A stretch of 64,000 nt of DNA. Source: Sphingopyxis sp. (GTDB lineage: Bacteria > Pseudomonadota > Alphaproteobacteria > Sphingomonadales > Sphingomonadaceae). The stretch covers positions 592,135 to 656,134 of the forward strand of contig NZ_OZ257261.1 of the NCBI RefSeq assembly GCF_965279755.1, given 5' to 3'. Positions 1 to 9,185 of the stretch are shown piece by piece. The position numbers and the translations under genes were made by a program. Below the pieces are notes generated by a model. That model ran no database searches. It was not told where the DNA came from and saw only the letters and a program-made list of their open reading frames with translations. The first letter of the stretch is position 1. Each line of letters starts with the position of its first letter.

Positions 1-200
1 TGTATTGGCTTGAGGACCGCCCAAGCGCCTTTGCTGCGGAAGAAATCAACAGAGCGAAATGCACGAGTGACTGCGCATACGAGGTGAGCTTTGTAGGTCG
101 AGAATCAACCTGCCGGGCCGGTTTCGGACATCTGGGTCAGTATCCGAAAATGATCATCGCGATCCGCGAAGGGCAGATGAAGCAAATCGATCTACATTAA
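1..200 (+). CDS. 3' end of an unidentified ORF that runs off the left edge
   Basis: The frame starting at base 3 is open for 65 sense codons up to TAA at 198-200 (...YWLEDRPSAFAAEEINRAKCTSDCAYEVSFVGRESTCRAGFGHLGQYPKMIIAIREGQMKQIDLH*). It is absent from the supplied track because no start codon lies in the window. About 52% GC by hand count over 1-240, below the rest of the window. No family recognised. Confidence 0.35.
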   Translation, partial: YWLEDRPSAFAAEEINRAKCTSDCAYEVSFVGRESTCRAGFGHLGQYPKMIIAIREGQMKQIDLH

Positions 201-207
201 GACTGGT

Positions 208-241
208 GTCTGCTTCCCACCCCTAAGCAGACGTCAAAAAA
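208..241. terminator. Stem-loop just 3' of the partial ORF (GTCTGCTT-cccacccct-AAGCAGAC) followed by an A6 run
   Basis: 8-bp perfect stem 208-215/225-232 with a 9-nt loop, starting 8 nt after the TAA. The A-run 236-241 is on the + strand, so there is no canonical U-tract for the + strand gene. Non-canonical as a terminator. Confidence 0.3.
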
Positions 242-395
242 GGCCTTTCCTACAATATCCGGCTATGCCAGCGTCGATCCCGGCTCTTTCCCTCGGTTGA
301 TAAAAGCGGTTGTCGCCGGGTTTGCGAGAGCTGCCACGGTCAGAATCTTGATGTGTCCGGCCCGCGGCAAAAGCTGATCGGGCGACCGCACAGGG

Positions 396-415
396 CTGAA
401 CTTTCCTGAACTTTG
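396..415. repeat. Tandem 10-bp direct repeat CTGAACTTTC / CTGAACTTTG in a non-coding gap
   Basis: Read directly from the sequence. It lies in the 267-nt gap between the partial ORF and the 3' end of trhO. Function unknown. Confidence 0.6.
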
Positions 416-467
416 GAATAAGGAAACGCCCGCTCGCGATCCCAAGCCGGAAAGATGGCTATCTCCG

Positions 468-1196
468 CTATTCCTTCTCCCCAACCTCTCTCAGCCCATG
501 CCCCACACTAACCCGTTCGTCGAAGACGAAGCAGCTGCCGTGCCAGCGGGTGTCGGCCTCGGGCACCTGTTCCAGATAGGCGAGGATGCCGCCTTTCAGA
601 TGAACGACGTCCTCGACGCCTTCGCTGCGCAGGAAAGCCGTCGATTTCTCACAGCGGATGCCGCCGGTGCAGAACATCGCGATGCGCTTGCCCGCGAACT
701 CGGCGGCATGATCGCGCCACCAACCGGGAAAGTCGCCGAAGCTTTTGGTGTGTGGGTTGAGCGCGCCGGCGAAGCTGCCATAGCCGACCTCGAAATCGTT
801 GCGCGTGTCGATCACCACCGTATCCGGATCGTCGACGAGCGCATTCCAGTCGGCGGGGTCAATATAAGGCGCCGCGTTGCGTGCGGGGTCGAGCCCCGGC
901 ACCTTCATCGTCACAATTTCCTTCTTCAGCCGCACTTTCAACCGCTGGAACGGCATGTCAGCGGCGGTCGAATATTTGACGTCGAGGTCGGCGCAATCGG
1001 GAAGCGCGCGGATATGCGCCAAGACTGCGGCGATACCATCCGCCGGGCCCGCGATCGTCCCGTTGACCCCTTCGCGCGCGAGGAGCAGCGTGCCCTTCAC
1101 GCCCCGCTCCGCGCAAAGGTCGAGCAAGGGCTGTCGCAGCACGACGGGATCGTCGAACGGCGCAAAGCGATAGAGGGCGGCAACGGTGAAGGTCAT
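468..1196 (-). CDS. trhO: Rhodanese-domain tRNA uridine(34) hydroxylase (UPF0176/TrhO family)
   Basis: ORF 468..1316 trimmed to the internal ATG (cat at 1194-1196), giving MTFTVAALYRF.... It has the rhodanese active-site loop CTGGIRCEKS. The longer start would overlap the upstream GMC gene. Confidence 0.85.
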   Translation of the reverse strand: MTFTVAALYRFAPFDDPVVLRQPLLDLCAERGVKGTLLLAREGVNGTIAGPADGIAAVLAHIRALPDCADLDVKYSTAADMPFQRLKVRLKKEIVTMKVPGLDPARNAAPYIDPADWNALVDDPDTVVIDTRNDFEVGYGSFAGALNPHTKSFGDFPGWWRDHAAEFAGKRIAMFCTGGIRCEKSTAFLRSEGVEDVVHLKGGILAYLEQVPEADTRWHGSCFVFDERVSVGHGLREVGEKE

Positions 1197-1224
1197 CGCG
1201 GCGCCATGTAGGCGCGATCGGCGC

Positions 1225-3237
1225 TCAGCGAAAGGGATCGCTCCGCGCGGTCGCATAATGCGCCATTGCCATCGTGGTCCATTGCGCGTTGACGCGGATG
1301 CAGGTCGGGAAGACACTGGCGTCGGTCACCAGCACATTGGTTGTCCCGTGCACGCGGCATTCGGGATCGACGACGCCATATTGCGGGTCTTCATTGATGC
1401 CGTTGCCCCCATGCGGATGGCTGCTCGACAGGGTGACGTCGTCGGATTCGCGGATCGCATCCTCGAAGAATGCGTCGATATCCATGCCCGGCGTGATCGT
1501 CTGTCCGCGGGTGAGCGCCGGATAGCATTCAAGCGCGCCGGCGGCGAAATGCACCTTGGTCAGCGTCGCCATCGCGCGGCGCAGCACCGGCAGATCGTCG
1601 TCGACGTCGAGCTTGAACTCGAGCTTCCCGTCCTTCACCCGCCCGCGCCGGTCGGCGGGGAACAGGATGCCCGCCGAATGGACGCGGCCGAAATTCTGCA
1701 TCCGCTCCGCATGCTCGCCGAACCAGCCGGGCATCAGCGACGCCATCGCCATCGGCGGCTGGAAATGGCTTTCGAGCAGATAGTCGCCGCAGTCGACATA
1801 GCTCGCCATCTGATCCTCGTCCCACGCATCGCCGCCGACACCCGGCGGCATCAGCGCGACGACGGGCGAGGCAATATTGAGCGACACCTGATAGCCGGTG
1901 CCATCGATGTCGCTGCGCGCGAGCAGTTTCGTCGAGGCGATCGTGCCGCCCGCAACGACCACGCCGACGCGGGCGCGTACGAGCGCCTTCGTCCCGTCGG
2001 GCAGGATCAGCTTCACCGCCTCGGCCTCGCGTCGTCCGTCGATCGCGGTCTGCCAGACGATCCTGTCGGCTTTCGTCCCCGGCAGGATGCGCGCGCCTTC
2101 GCGGCAGGCGTCGGGCAGATAGGTCTGCGCCATCCCCATCCGCCGGCCATAGGCGCAGCCCGCGTTGCAATAGCCGCAATAGGCGCAGGCGGTCGGCGTG
2201 TTCGGCGGCCCGAAATTCTTCGCAAACCAGTCGGCGATCGCGCGGCCGTCCTTCGGATCACCCGTGGTCGGCGCATAGGCGTTCCAGCCGTTGATCAGGT
2301 GCGGGCCGTTATGCCGCCCGCTGCGCGGTTCGATCCGGTCGATGCCGAGCCGCAGCTTGATCGCGTCATAGCTCTTGTGGAAGTCGACCTTGTCGACCGG
2401 CGCGCCGATGCTGTTCCATTTGGCGAGCACGTCGACCGCGTCAGGGTGCGTGCGGCCGTCTTCGTTGACGCGCAGGCAGATGCCGTTGTTGATCGTTGAC
2501 GAGCCACCGACGCAGCGCCCCTGAAACACCACGAAATCGCGGTTGGTCGAGGTCTGGAGCGCGCCATGCTTGAACAGGTTCGCGACCATATCGAGTTCAT
2601 GATGGTTGATCCGCGGCGAGGGATAGAAAGGCCCCGCCTCGACGATCAGCACCTTATACCCGTGATCGTGCGCCATGTGATACGCCGCGACCGCGCCGCC
2701 CGCGCCCGATCCGACGACGATCACATCATATTCGTCGTCGAGGCTCGCGGCATTCAGGATGTGCGCCGGATCGATCTCGCGCCCGTCGATGCGCTGGATC
2801 GGCATCTCGCCCGCGCCGCGTGCGCGGAATTTGGGGAGCGTGAAACCGATCTGCCGGTGCACCGGGTTCGCGGCGTTCGCGTCCTGATCGCCGGGCTCGA
2901 GCCCCGCCTGCCAATGACCATAATAGCAGCCGTAGATAAGGCCGCGCAGCCGCGCCATATCCTGGAACAGGTCGATCTGGCTGTTCTGCAGCCGGTCCGC
3001 GATCCGTTCGGCGCGGGTTGCAACACTGACCGCCGCGAACATCGGGCCGAGCACGATCTCGGTTGCCGTCAGCGACAGGCGAATCTCGTCGAGCTTGGTT
3101 CCCCCGACCTTGGCAAACAGATCGACGACATGCGCGACGACCTGATCGGGCGTAATCGCCATATCGGCATCGTGAAACAGCGCCTCGGTCAGCGCCTTCA
3201 GAAATTTGAGCTGCCCGAAATTAAACGGTGCCGCCAT
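1225..3237 (-). CDS. GMC-family FAD oxidoreductase with a ~190-aa non-GMC N-terminal extension
   Basis: ORF 1225..3402 trimmed to ATG at 3237 (MAAPFNFGQLKF...). The FAD fingerprint DVIVVGSGAGGAVAA appears only about 190 residues in. GMC-type C-terminus ...HGTTNVLVTDASVFPT. Confidence 0.8.
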   Translation of the reverse strand: MAAPFNFGQLKFLKALTEALFHDADMAITPDQVVAHVVDLFAKVGGTKLDEIRLSLTATEIVLGPMFAAVSVATRAERIADRLQNSQIDLFQDMARLRGLIYGCYYGHWQAGLEPGDQDANAANPVHRQIGFTLPKFRARGAGEMPIQRIDGREIDPAHILNAASLDDEYDVIVVGSGAGGAVAAYHMAHDHGYKVLIVEAGPFYPSPRINHHELDMVANLFKHGALQTSTNRDFVVFQGRCVGGSSTINNGICLRVNEDGRTHPDAVDVLAKWNSIGAPVDKVDFHKSYDAIKLRLGIDRIEPRSGRHNGPHLINGWNAYAPTTGDPKDGRAIADWFAKNFGPPNTPTACAYCGYCNAGCAYGRRMGMAQTYLPDACREGARILPGTKADRIVWQTAIDGRREAEAVKLILPDGTKALVRARVGVVVAGGTIASTKLLARSDIDGTGYQVSLNIASPVVALMPPGVGGDAWDEDQMASYVDCGDYLLESHFQPPMAMASLMPGWFGEHAERMQNFGRVHSAGILFPADRRGRVKDGKLEFKLDVDDDLPVLRRAMATLTKVHFAAGALECYPALTRGQTITPGMDIDAFFEDAIRESDDVTLSSSHPHGGNGINEDPQYGVVDPECRVHGTTNVLVTDASVFPTCIRVNAQWTTMAMAHYATARSDPFR

Positions 3238-3320
3238 CGCCCTGCCCCTTTGCATTCCCCGCTGCGTAAATGCGGACCTGTAAGCCCGAAAAGCAAGGCG
3301 GTATTGTACCGGAGCGGCAG

Positions 3321-3815
3321 CTAAACGAGTCCGTTGAATATATCGCACCGCCACGCCGCACGATCCGTATCGTCGCGGGACGATGCCAGATAGCGCCCCC
3401 ATGCGAGCGCTTCATGCGCGACGATGCCGAGTTCCCATACGCAAAAGGTCGGCCGTACGACCCCAGCTGCATCCGGATAGGCGGGATCGAACGGCGCGAA
3501 AGCGGCCATGTCGCCATGGCGATACCAGACCGCTTCCCACAGCTCGTTCGCGCCGCGCCACACCGACACCAGCAGGAAATAGAAATCGGCGCCGCAGCGA
3601 TGGAGAAGCACGAACCCGCAATCGCCGGGTTCGACGGTCGTCCCGGCGTGCGTTGCGAACCACGCCTCGCCCAGCGCCGCGACCTCGTCCGGAACCGGGG
3701 CGTCGGCGGCGGTCAGGTGATAATATTTGAACTCTGCCTCGCCCGCCTCGCGCAGCCCGGAAAAGACGGCCTGCTTGGCATAGTGGCGATAATCAGCGCC
3801 GACGGATTTCGACAT
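3321..3815 (-). CDS. Hypothetical protein (164 aa, no family recognised)
   Basis: ORF 3321..3983 trimmed to ATG at 3815 (MSKSVGADYRHYAKQ...). Same strand and spacing as its neighbours and normal high-GC composition. No motif recognised. Confidence 0.55.
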   Translation of the reverse strand: MSKSVGADYRHYAKQAVFSGLREAGEAEFKYYHLTAADAPVPDEVAALGEAWFATHAGTTVEPGDCGFVLLHRCGADFYFLLVSVWRGANELWEAVWYRHGDMAAFAPFDPAYPDAAGVVRPTFCVWELGIVAHEALAWGRYLASSRDDTDRAAWRCDIFNGLV

Positions 3816-3885
3816 GGAGGACCCCTTTATGTTCCCTCTATGTTCTAGCCGCCCAAGCACCGATTGCCAGCGAATAATGCCGTGG

Positions 3886-4251
3886 CTAGCAGCCGTATTT
3901 CTCCGCCAGCGCGTTGCTGATCCCGCTGACTGCGGAATATTTGAGCCGAACGATTTTCGCGCGCCAGTATGCGAGCACGACATTGCGCACCGCGATCGCC
4001 TTGATCCCCTCGGGCAGACAGATCTTGCTATCGATCATGTCGGTATCGCCAAAGAATTTGACCATGTCATGCGCGCCCATGATGAAATAGTCGCAATTGT
4101 CGAGATCGGCCGTGTTGCTCGACACGCACAGGTCATAGACCTGCTGGCCGGTCTTGAAGACACCGCTCGACGGCGTGGTGTCCTGCGCCGAAACCGGCGC
4201 GATGGCCATCGTGGCAAATGCCGCGAACGAAAGCGTGATTTTCCTGATCAT
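3886..4251 (-). CDS. Small secreted protein, Rap1a/Tai4-like (putative periplasmic T6SS-immunity family)
   Basis: Signal peptide MIRKITLSFAAFATMAIAPVSAQ. The mature ~100 aa shows the pattern ...GQQVYDLC...C-DYFIMGAHD...ICLPEGI...ALAEKYGC, which I recall for Rap1a/Tai4-family proteins. GGGGGA Shine-Dalgarno upstream. About 59% GC by hand count over 3901-4200. The call is from memory of the family pattern. Confidence 0.5.
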   Translation of the reverse strand: MIRKITLSFAAFATMAIAPVSAQDTTPSSGVFKTGQQVYDLCVSSNTADLDNCDYFIMGAHDMVKFFGDTDMIDSKICLPEGIKAIAVRNVVLAYWRAKIVRLKYSAVSGISNALAEKYGC

Positions 4252-4307
4252 ATGATCCCCCAGATGATCGACCCCGGACGCGTCCTATCGCGCCGTAAAG
4301 ACGAGCG

Positions 4308-5453
4308 CTAGGACGCAGGCGTCTGTTGCAGCGCCGCCAGCCAGAAAAAGGCAAGATCGGCGTACCGGCCGGCCGACGGGTCCGCCGCCGCCGACCGGAA
4401 TGCGGCCTCCGCCTCCGCACGTTGGCCGACGAGAAGCCGCGACGATCCGATCCGGACCCCCGCGCTGCCCGACGGCGGCAGCGCCGCTTTCAGCTTTTTC
4501 GCAATCGCGCGATCGACCTCAGCGAATATGTCGCGCGTCGGGGAGGTGCCAGCGTCGAGCAGCCCGCGCTTTACCCCTTCGTCCAGCACCGCCTTCGCTT
4601 CCACCGGCTCTCCCGACTGGCGGAGCAACTGCGCCATGCGCTGATATTCAGCCGCCTGCTGCAAAACGCCGACATGGCGCATCAGGCGAAGGATATCGAT
4701 CTCGAGCCCTTCGTCCACCGTGCCAAGCTGGCGATAGACGACCAGCGCGATCCGCCAATTCCCGGCCGTCGGATAGCTCCCGACCAGCGCGCGCGCCGCC
4801 GCGATACCGGGTTCGACCAGATTGCCCTGCTGCGCGATGCTCAGCCGTTGGCGATACCATATTTCGGACGGTTGCTGGCCCAATGCCGCGCGCGCTGCAA
4901 TTGCGCGGTCGAGCAGTTCCATCGCTCCCGGCGTATCGTTCTGCGCCAGCCGGACCTGCGCCAGATTGGCGAGCGAGTCGGGGTCGCCCGGCGTCAGCTC
5001 GGCCAATTGCGACCAGAGCCTTCCCGCCATGCCGAAGTCGCCGGCGCGATAGGCAATCTGCCCGCGAACGCCGAGATAGCCGGGCAACCGTTCGGAGCGC
5101 GTCATCGGACTCGTAATCAGCACGTCGAGCGCCTTGGCGCGCATCGCATCGTCCCGGCGCTGGTTACCAAGCTCGAGTTCATAGAGGGCCAGCACGTGGC
5201 GCGCGTCGCGGGTGCTAGCGACGCGGCGTGCCTCTTCGAGCGCGCGATCCTGACGCGCTGCCTGTCCCCCTCCGCGGACGAGGCCGCCGAGTTCCGACAG
5301 CGCCTTCATTTCCTGAGACGAGAGCGAGAGCCGCGCGCCGCCGATTTCCATCACACTGCCCGGCGGCTCCCACGCCGCAGCCGCGAACGGCATGGCGAGC
5401 GAAAACAGCGTCGCGGCCGCGATAGAGGTGAACCGGGCAGAATCCATCAGCAT
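4308..5453 (-). CDS. Secreted tetratricopeptide (TPR)-like repeat protein
   Basis: ORF 4308..5531 trimmed to ATG at 5453 (MLMDSARFTSIAAATLFSLAMPFAAAAW..., a signal-peptide-like start, with GAAAGG SD). The rest is helical-repeat-rich with Ala/Leu/Arg, including TPR-like stretches. Confidence 0.65.
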   Translation of the reverse strand: MLMDSARFTSIAAATLFSLAMPFAAAAWEPPGSVMEIGGARLSLSSQEMKALSELGGLVRGGGQAARQDRALEEARRVASTRDARHVLALYELELGNQRRDDAMRAKALDVLITSPMTRSERLPGYLGVRGQIAYRAGDFGMAGRLWSQLAELTPGDPDSLANLAQVRLAQNDTPGAMELLDRAIAARAALGQQPSEIWYRQRLSIAQQGNLVEPGIAAARALVGSYPTAGNWRIALVVYRQLGTVDEGLEIDILRLMRHVGVLQQAAEYQRMAQLLRQSGEPVEAKAVLDEGVKRGLLDAGTSPTRDIFAEVDRAIAKKLKAALPPSGSAGVRIGSSRLLVGQRAEAEAAFRSAAADPSAGRYADLAFFWLAALQQTPAS

Positions 5454-5597
5454 TCGGCCTTTCGCCGGCAAAGCACCCACGAACTCTCGTTCGCGGGACG
5501 CCCCGGAATAGTCCTGCCCGCCAATGTTCACAACGGCTTATCGGCTATCCCCTGACGATGCCGTTGCCTGCGCCGCAAAGGCACGAAGCGGACAGCG

Positions 5598-7694
5598 TCA
5601 CGCCGCCGCCTTCTTTTCCTGCCGGTATTTGTGGAGCAGCGGCTCGGTATAACCCGACGGCTGGGTCACGCCTTCGAAGATCAGCGCGCGCGCCGCCCGA
5701 TACGCAATCCCGTCGGGCGCCAGCTTCTCGTACAGTGGATCGCCCGCATTCTGCGCATCGACCTTCACCGCCATACGCGCCAGCGCGGCATCGACCTGCG
5801 CCTCGCTGCAGACGCCGTGGAGCAGCCAGTTGGCGAGCGCCTGACTGGCGATGCGCAAGGTCGCGCGGTCCTCCATCAGGCCAACATCGTCGATGTCGGG
5901 CACCTTCGAACAGCCCACGCCCTGATCGATCCAGCGCACGACATAGCCGAGGATGCCCTGGCAATTATTGTCGAGCTCGCGCGTAATTTCGGCTTCGCTC
6001 CAATTGCGCCCCGTCGCGACCGGAATGTTGAGCAGCCGGTCGAGCGACGGCACGGCCTCTCTCGCGATCTCCTTCTGCCGCGCGAAGACGTCGACCTGAT
6101 GATAGTGCAGCGCGTGAAGCGTCGCGGCGGTCGGCGACGGCACCCAAGCGGTGTTCGCGCCGCTCTTCGGATGGCCAATCTTGGCCTCGAGCATCACGCG
6201 CATCAGATCAGGCATCGCCCACATACCCTTGCCGATCTGCGCCTTGCCCGAAAGCCCGCAGGCCAGACCGATGCGGACGTTGCGATCCTCATAGGACGCG
6301 ATCCAGTCCGACGCCTTCATCTCGCCCTTCGGGATCATCGGGCCCGCGCGCATGCTGGTATGGATTTCATCGCCCGTGCGGTCGAGGAAACCGGTGTTGA
6401 TGAACACGATGCGGTCCTTCACCGCCTCGATGCACGCGGCGAGGTTCGCGCTGGTACGGCGCTCCTCGTCCATCACGCCGACCTTCATCGTGTGACGCGC
6501 GAGGCCAAGCATATCCTCGACGGCGTTGAAGAGGCGATCGGTGAAACCGCACTCCTCCGGCCCATGCTGCTTCGGCTTCACGATATAGATGCTGCCGGCG
6601 CGGCTGTTCTTCAGTTTGCCGAGGCCCTTGAGGTCGTGCAGCGAACAAAGGCTGGTGATCACCGCGTCGCACAGCCCTTCGGGCGCTTCGGCACCGTTCG
6701 GAAGCCTGATCATCGGCGTCGTCATCAGATGGCCGACGTTGCGGACGAACATCACGCTCCGGCCGTGCAGCGTGAAAGCCTCTCCCGACGGCGAGGTCCA
6801 TTCGCGGTCACCTTCCATCGCGCGGGTGACGGTCTGCCCGCCCTTCGCAAAGCTTTCGACAAGGTCGCCGCGCATCAGGCCGAGCCAGTTGGTGTAGCCG
6901 AGCGCCTTGTCCTCACCATCGACCGCCGCGACGCTGTCCTCGAGATCGATGATCGTTGTCAGCGCGGCTTCGAGTATGACGTCGGCGATACCCGCCGGGT
7001 CGGTCCTGCCGATCGCGCTGTCCGGGTCGATCACCAGTTCGATGTGCAGGCCATTATGCTTGAGCAGGATACCGCCCGGCTTGTTGCCTGCCAATTGCGC
7101 CGGATCGGCGAGCGTGAGTTGGCCACCCTGCCAGTCGGCCCAGCTGCCCGTAGCGAGCGGCACCGCCTCATCGAGGAACGCCTTTGCACGCGCGATCACC
7201 GCCGCACCACGAGCAGCGTCATAGCCGCCCGGCGTCGCTTGCGGCGCGTCGAGGGCGTCGGTGCCGTACAGCGCGTCGTACAGGCTGCCCCAACGCGCGT
7301 TGGCGGCGTTGAGCGCAAAGCGGGCGTTCAATGCGGGCACGACGAGCTGCGGCCCCGCCATCGCCGCGATCTCGGCATCGACATTTTCGGTGCCGACCTT
7401 GAACGGCGCGGGTTCGGGGACGAGGTAGCCAATCTCGCGGAGGAAGGCCTGATAGGCGGCGGCGTCATGCGCCTGCCCTTCCCGCGCCTGATGCCAGGCA
7501 TCGATTTTGGCCTGCAGGTCTTCGCGCTTTGCGAGCAGCGCGGCGTTTTCGGGCGCGAATGTGCCGAGCAATGTTGCGAAATCGGCCCAGAATGCCTGCG
7601 GTTCGACCCCGGTGCCCGGAAGAGCCTTTTCTTCGATGAAGGCGACGAGGCGCGAATCAACGGAAATGCCGCTGCGGCCCAGGAAGTCAGTCAT
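5598..7694 (-). CDS. glcB: Malate synthase G
   Basis: 698 aa with the typical MSG N-terminus (...[12 protein letters not shown]...) and conservation along the full length. ATG at 7692-7694. Confidence 0.95.
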   Translation of the reverse strand: MTDFLGRSGISVDSRLVAFIEEKALPGTGVEPQAFWADFATLLGTFAPENAALLAKREDLQAKIDAWHQAREGQAHDAAAYQAFLREIGYLVPEPAPFKVGTENVDAEIAAMAGPQLVVPALNARFALNAANARWGSLYDALYGTDALDAPQATPGGYDAARGAAVIARAKAFLDEAVPLATGSWADWQGGQLTLADPAQLAGNKPGGILLKHNGLHIELVIDPDSAIGRTDPAGIADVILEAALTTIIDLEDSVAAVDGEDKALGYTNWLGLMRGDLVESFAKGGQTVTRAMEGDREWTSPSGEAFTLHGRSVMFVRNVGHLMTTPMIRLPNGAEAPEGLCDAVITSLCSLHDLKGLGKLKNSRAGSIYIVKPKQHGPEECGFTDRLFNAVEDMLGLARHTMKVGVMDEERRTSANLAACIEAVKDRIVFINTGFLDRTGDEIHTSMRAGPMIPKGEMKASDWIASYEDRNVRIGLACGLSGKAQIGKGMWAMPDLMRVMLEAKIGHPKSGANTAWVPSPTAATLHALHYHQVDVFARQKEIAREAVPSLDRLLNIPVATGRNWSEAEITRELDNNCQGILGYVVRWIDQGVGCSKVPDIDDVGLMEDRATLRIASQALANWLLHGVCSEAQVDAALARMAVKVDAQNAGDPLYEKLAPDGIAYRAARALIFEGVTQPSGYTEPLLHKYRQEKKAAA

Positions 7695-7798
7695 TAAAGC
7701 ACCCTTTGGTCAGCGCGATTGCGCCAGTGGATCCGGGGAGGAAAGGGCCGCCGCCCTATGGCGTGAATGACGGGGAATGGCAATGGCCCCGATGGGGT

Positions 7799-9007
7799 TC
7801 AGACCGCTTCTCGCCGTTTGGCGACGCCGGACACCGCGATCGATGGCAGATCAGCGAGCGCAACGCGGACCTGGTTTCGCCCGCCCGCCTTTGCCCGATA
7901 GAGCGCGGTGTCTGCGCGATGCAGCAGGTCCGACAGCTGTTCCGGCGGCACCAGTTGCGCGACCCCGAACGAAGCGGTGAACCGGCGATCGACGCCAAGC
8001 ACCGGCAACTGCGCCGTCGCAAAGGCAGCGCGGACCGCTTCGGCATAGAGCCGTCCGTCGGAGAGCAGCGCCGCGGGCAGGAGGACCGCGAACTCCTCGC
8101 CGCCGACTCGCCCGACAATCGCTTCGGGAGGCGCCGCCTCGGTCAGCATCGCAGCAAAATGTGCGATAACGCCGTCGCCTGCGGCATGGCCGAAACTGTC
8201 ATTGATCTGTTTGAAATGGTCGAGATCGGCGGCGATCAGGACCGCATCGCCCTCTCCCCGTGCGAGCGCGACCTCGGCATGACGTTCGAAACCACGACGG
8301 TTGAGGACACCCGACAGCGGGTCGGTTTCGGAGCGGGCGATCATCTCGGCCGTTGTATCGCGCATGATCACCAACAGCATGACGAGCCCGGTCGCCATCA
8401 ACACCACCACGCTGCCGCTTTGCGAGATCGCGGCGTAGGTCGTCTCCATATAGTCCTGCGGCGTCCGCGCCGTCCCCACCATCATGGCGAACAGCGGCTT
8501 GAGCAGATAAATCGTCGCCGAGATCGCCTGCAGCGCGACGAGCAGCAGATCGAGCGGCTGCCGGCGTCGCGAGCGCCAGATCATGATCCCGAACAGCGCC
8601 TGCATGGCAAAATAGGGAAGCTGATAGAGCGCCAGCCGGGGCAGCGAGCCATAGGGCATGCTGAAGATCGCGGGCACCAGCAAGACCGTCAAGATCCAGA
8701 TCGCCGTCATCGCGGTCCAGGGCGGCTCGGCGCGATAATGGCGCGCGACCCCGATCAGCGCGAAGCTGAGCGCCGAAAGGAAAACGAGGAAGAGGGCGAT
8801 GCTGACCGGCACCGGATCGCTCTGTTGCCGCAGCAGGAATTCCAGCCCGACGTTGACGATTCCCATGCCGCAGCCAAGCGCAAGCCACCAGGCCCCGCGG
8901 GCCAGCCGGTTGGTTACGGCTACCACAGCGAAGGCCACGGCAAAAATGCCGGCCACGGACATATTGATGCCAAGCACAAAGGCAGCAGTCATCGACCCAC
9001 TCGTCAT
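7799..9007 (-). CDS. Membrane-anchored diguanylate cyclase (GGDEF domain)
   Basis: Multi-TM N-terminal half, then a C-terminal GGDEF domain with GGEEF and no RxxD I-site directly upstream. Start uncertain: ATG at 9007 or 8992. The track start 9133 is unlikely. Confidence 0.85.
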   Translation of the reverse strand: MTSGSMTAAFVLGINMSVAGIFAVAFAVVAVTNRLARGAWWLALGCGMGIVNVGLEFLLRQQSDPVPVSIALFLVFLSALSFALIGVARHYRAEPPWTAMTAIWILTVLLVPAIFSMPYGSLPRLALYQLPYFAMQALFGIMIWRSRRRQPLDLLLVALQAISATIYLLKPLFAMMVGTARTPQDYMETTYAAISQSGSVVVLMATGLVMLLVIMRDTTAEMIARSETDPLSGVLNRRGFERHAEVALARGEGDAVLIAADLDHFKQINDSFGHAAGDGVIAHFAAMLTEAAPPEAIVGRVGGEEFAVLLPAALLSDGRLYAEAVRAAFATAQLPVLGVDRRFTASFGVAQLVPPEQLSDLLHRADTALYRAKAGGRNQVRVALADLPSIAVSGVAKRREAV

Positions 9008-9072
9008 TATTCGACCGGCGTAGCGACGCGGCCACAAAATTTCGGTTAATGCCCCCGCACCCCAAAATGATT

Positions 9073-9094
9073 CGCGCGTGTCATGACGCGCGCG
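9073..9094. promoter_or_regulatory. 22-bp near-perfect palindrome CGCGCGT-GTCATGAC-GCGCGCG in a divergent promoter region
   Basis: Centred on GTCA|TGAC at 9080-9087, between the GGDEF gene (-) and the M20-astA-astB operon (+). One mismatch at the outer edge of the core. Binding factor unknown. Confidence 0.3.
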
Positions 9095-9185
9095 CGGCGC
9101 AGATATCAGTGACTTACGGTATCGTGACGACAAAATGCCGGGCCGGGGGGTGCCAAAGACACTCGCCCATCGCTATAGCCGTGCG

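Noticed and set aside
263-484. 73-aa minus-strand ORF in the left-edge gap
   Set aside because: It overlaps the trhO stop codon and has no RBS. Its composition is not protein-like (Ser/Gly/Arg/Pro-rich) and no motif is present. The region is reported as unexplained non-coding DNA instead.
5631-7697. 688-aa ORF antisense to glcB. Similar long antisense or out-of-frame ORFs include 1186..2499, 17475..19010, 23031..24947, 46217..47743, 48199..49863, 49965..51659, 51551..52900 and 60287..62587.
   Set aside because: Each mirrors a well-supported gene on the other strand. Their translations are Arg/Ala/Gly/Pro-rich with no recognisable motifs. Stop-poor antisense frames are expected at this GC content. 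They are treated as shadow ORFs.
7762-7774. 13-nt identity CGTGAATGACGGG shared with the rpsB terminator hairpin (31209-31221, opposite strand), considered as a possible dispersed REP-like element
   Set aside because: A single 13-mer match is expected by chance in 64 kb read on both strands at this base composition. The flanking sequence is not similar.
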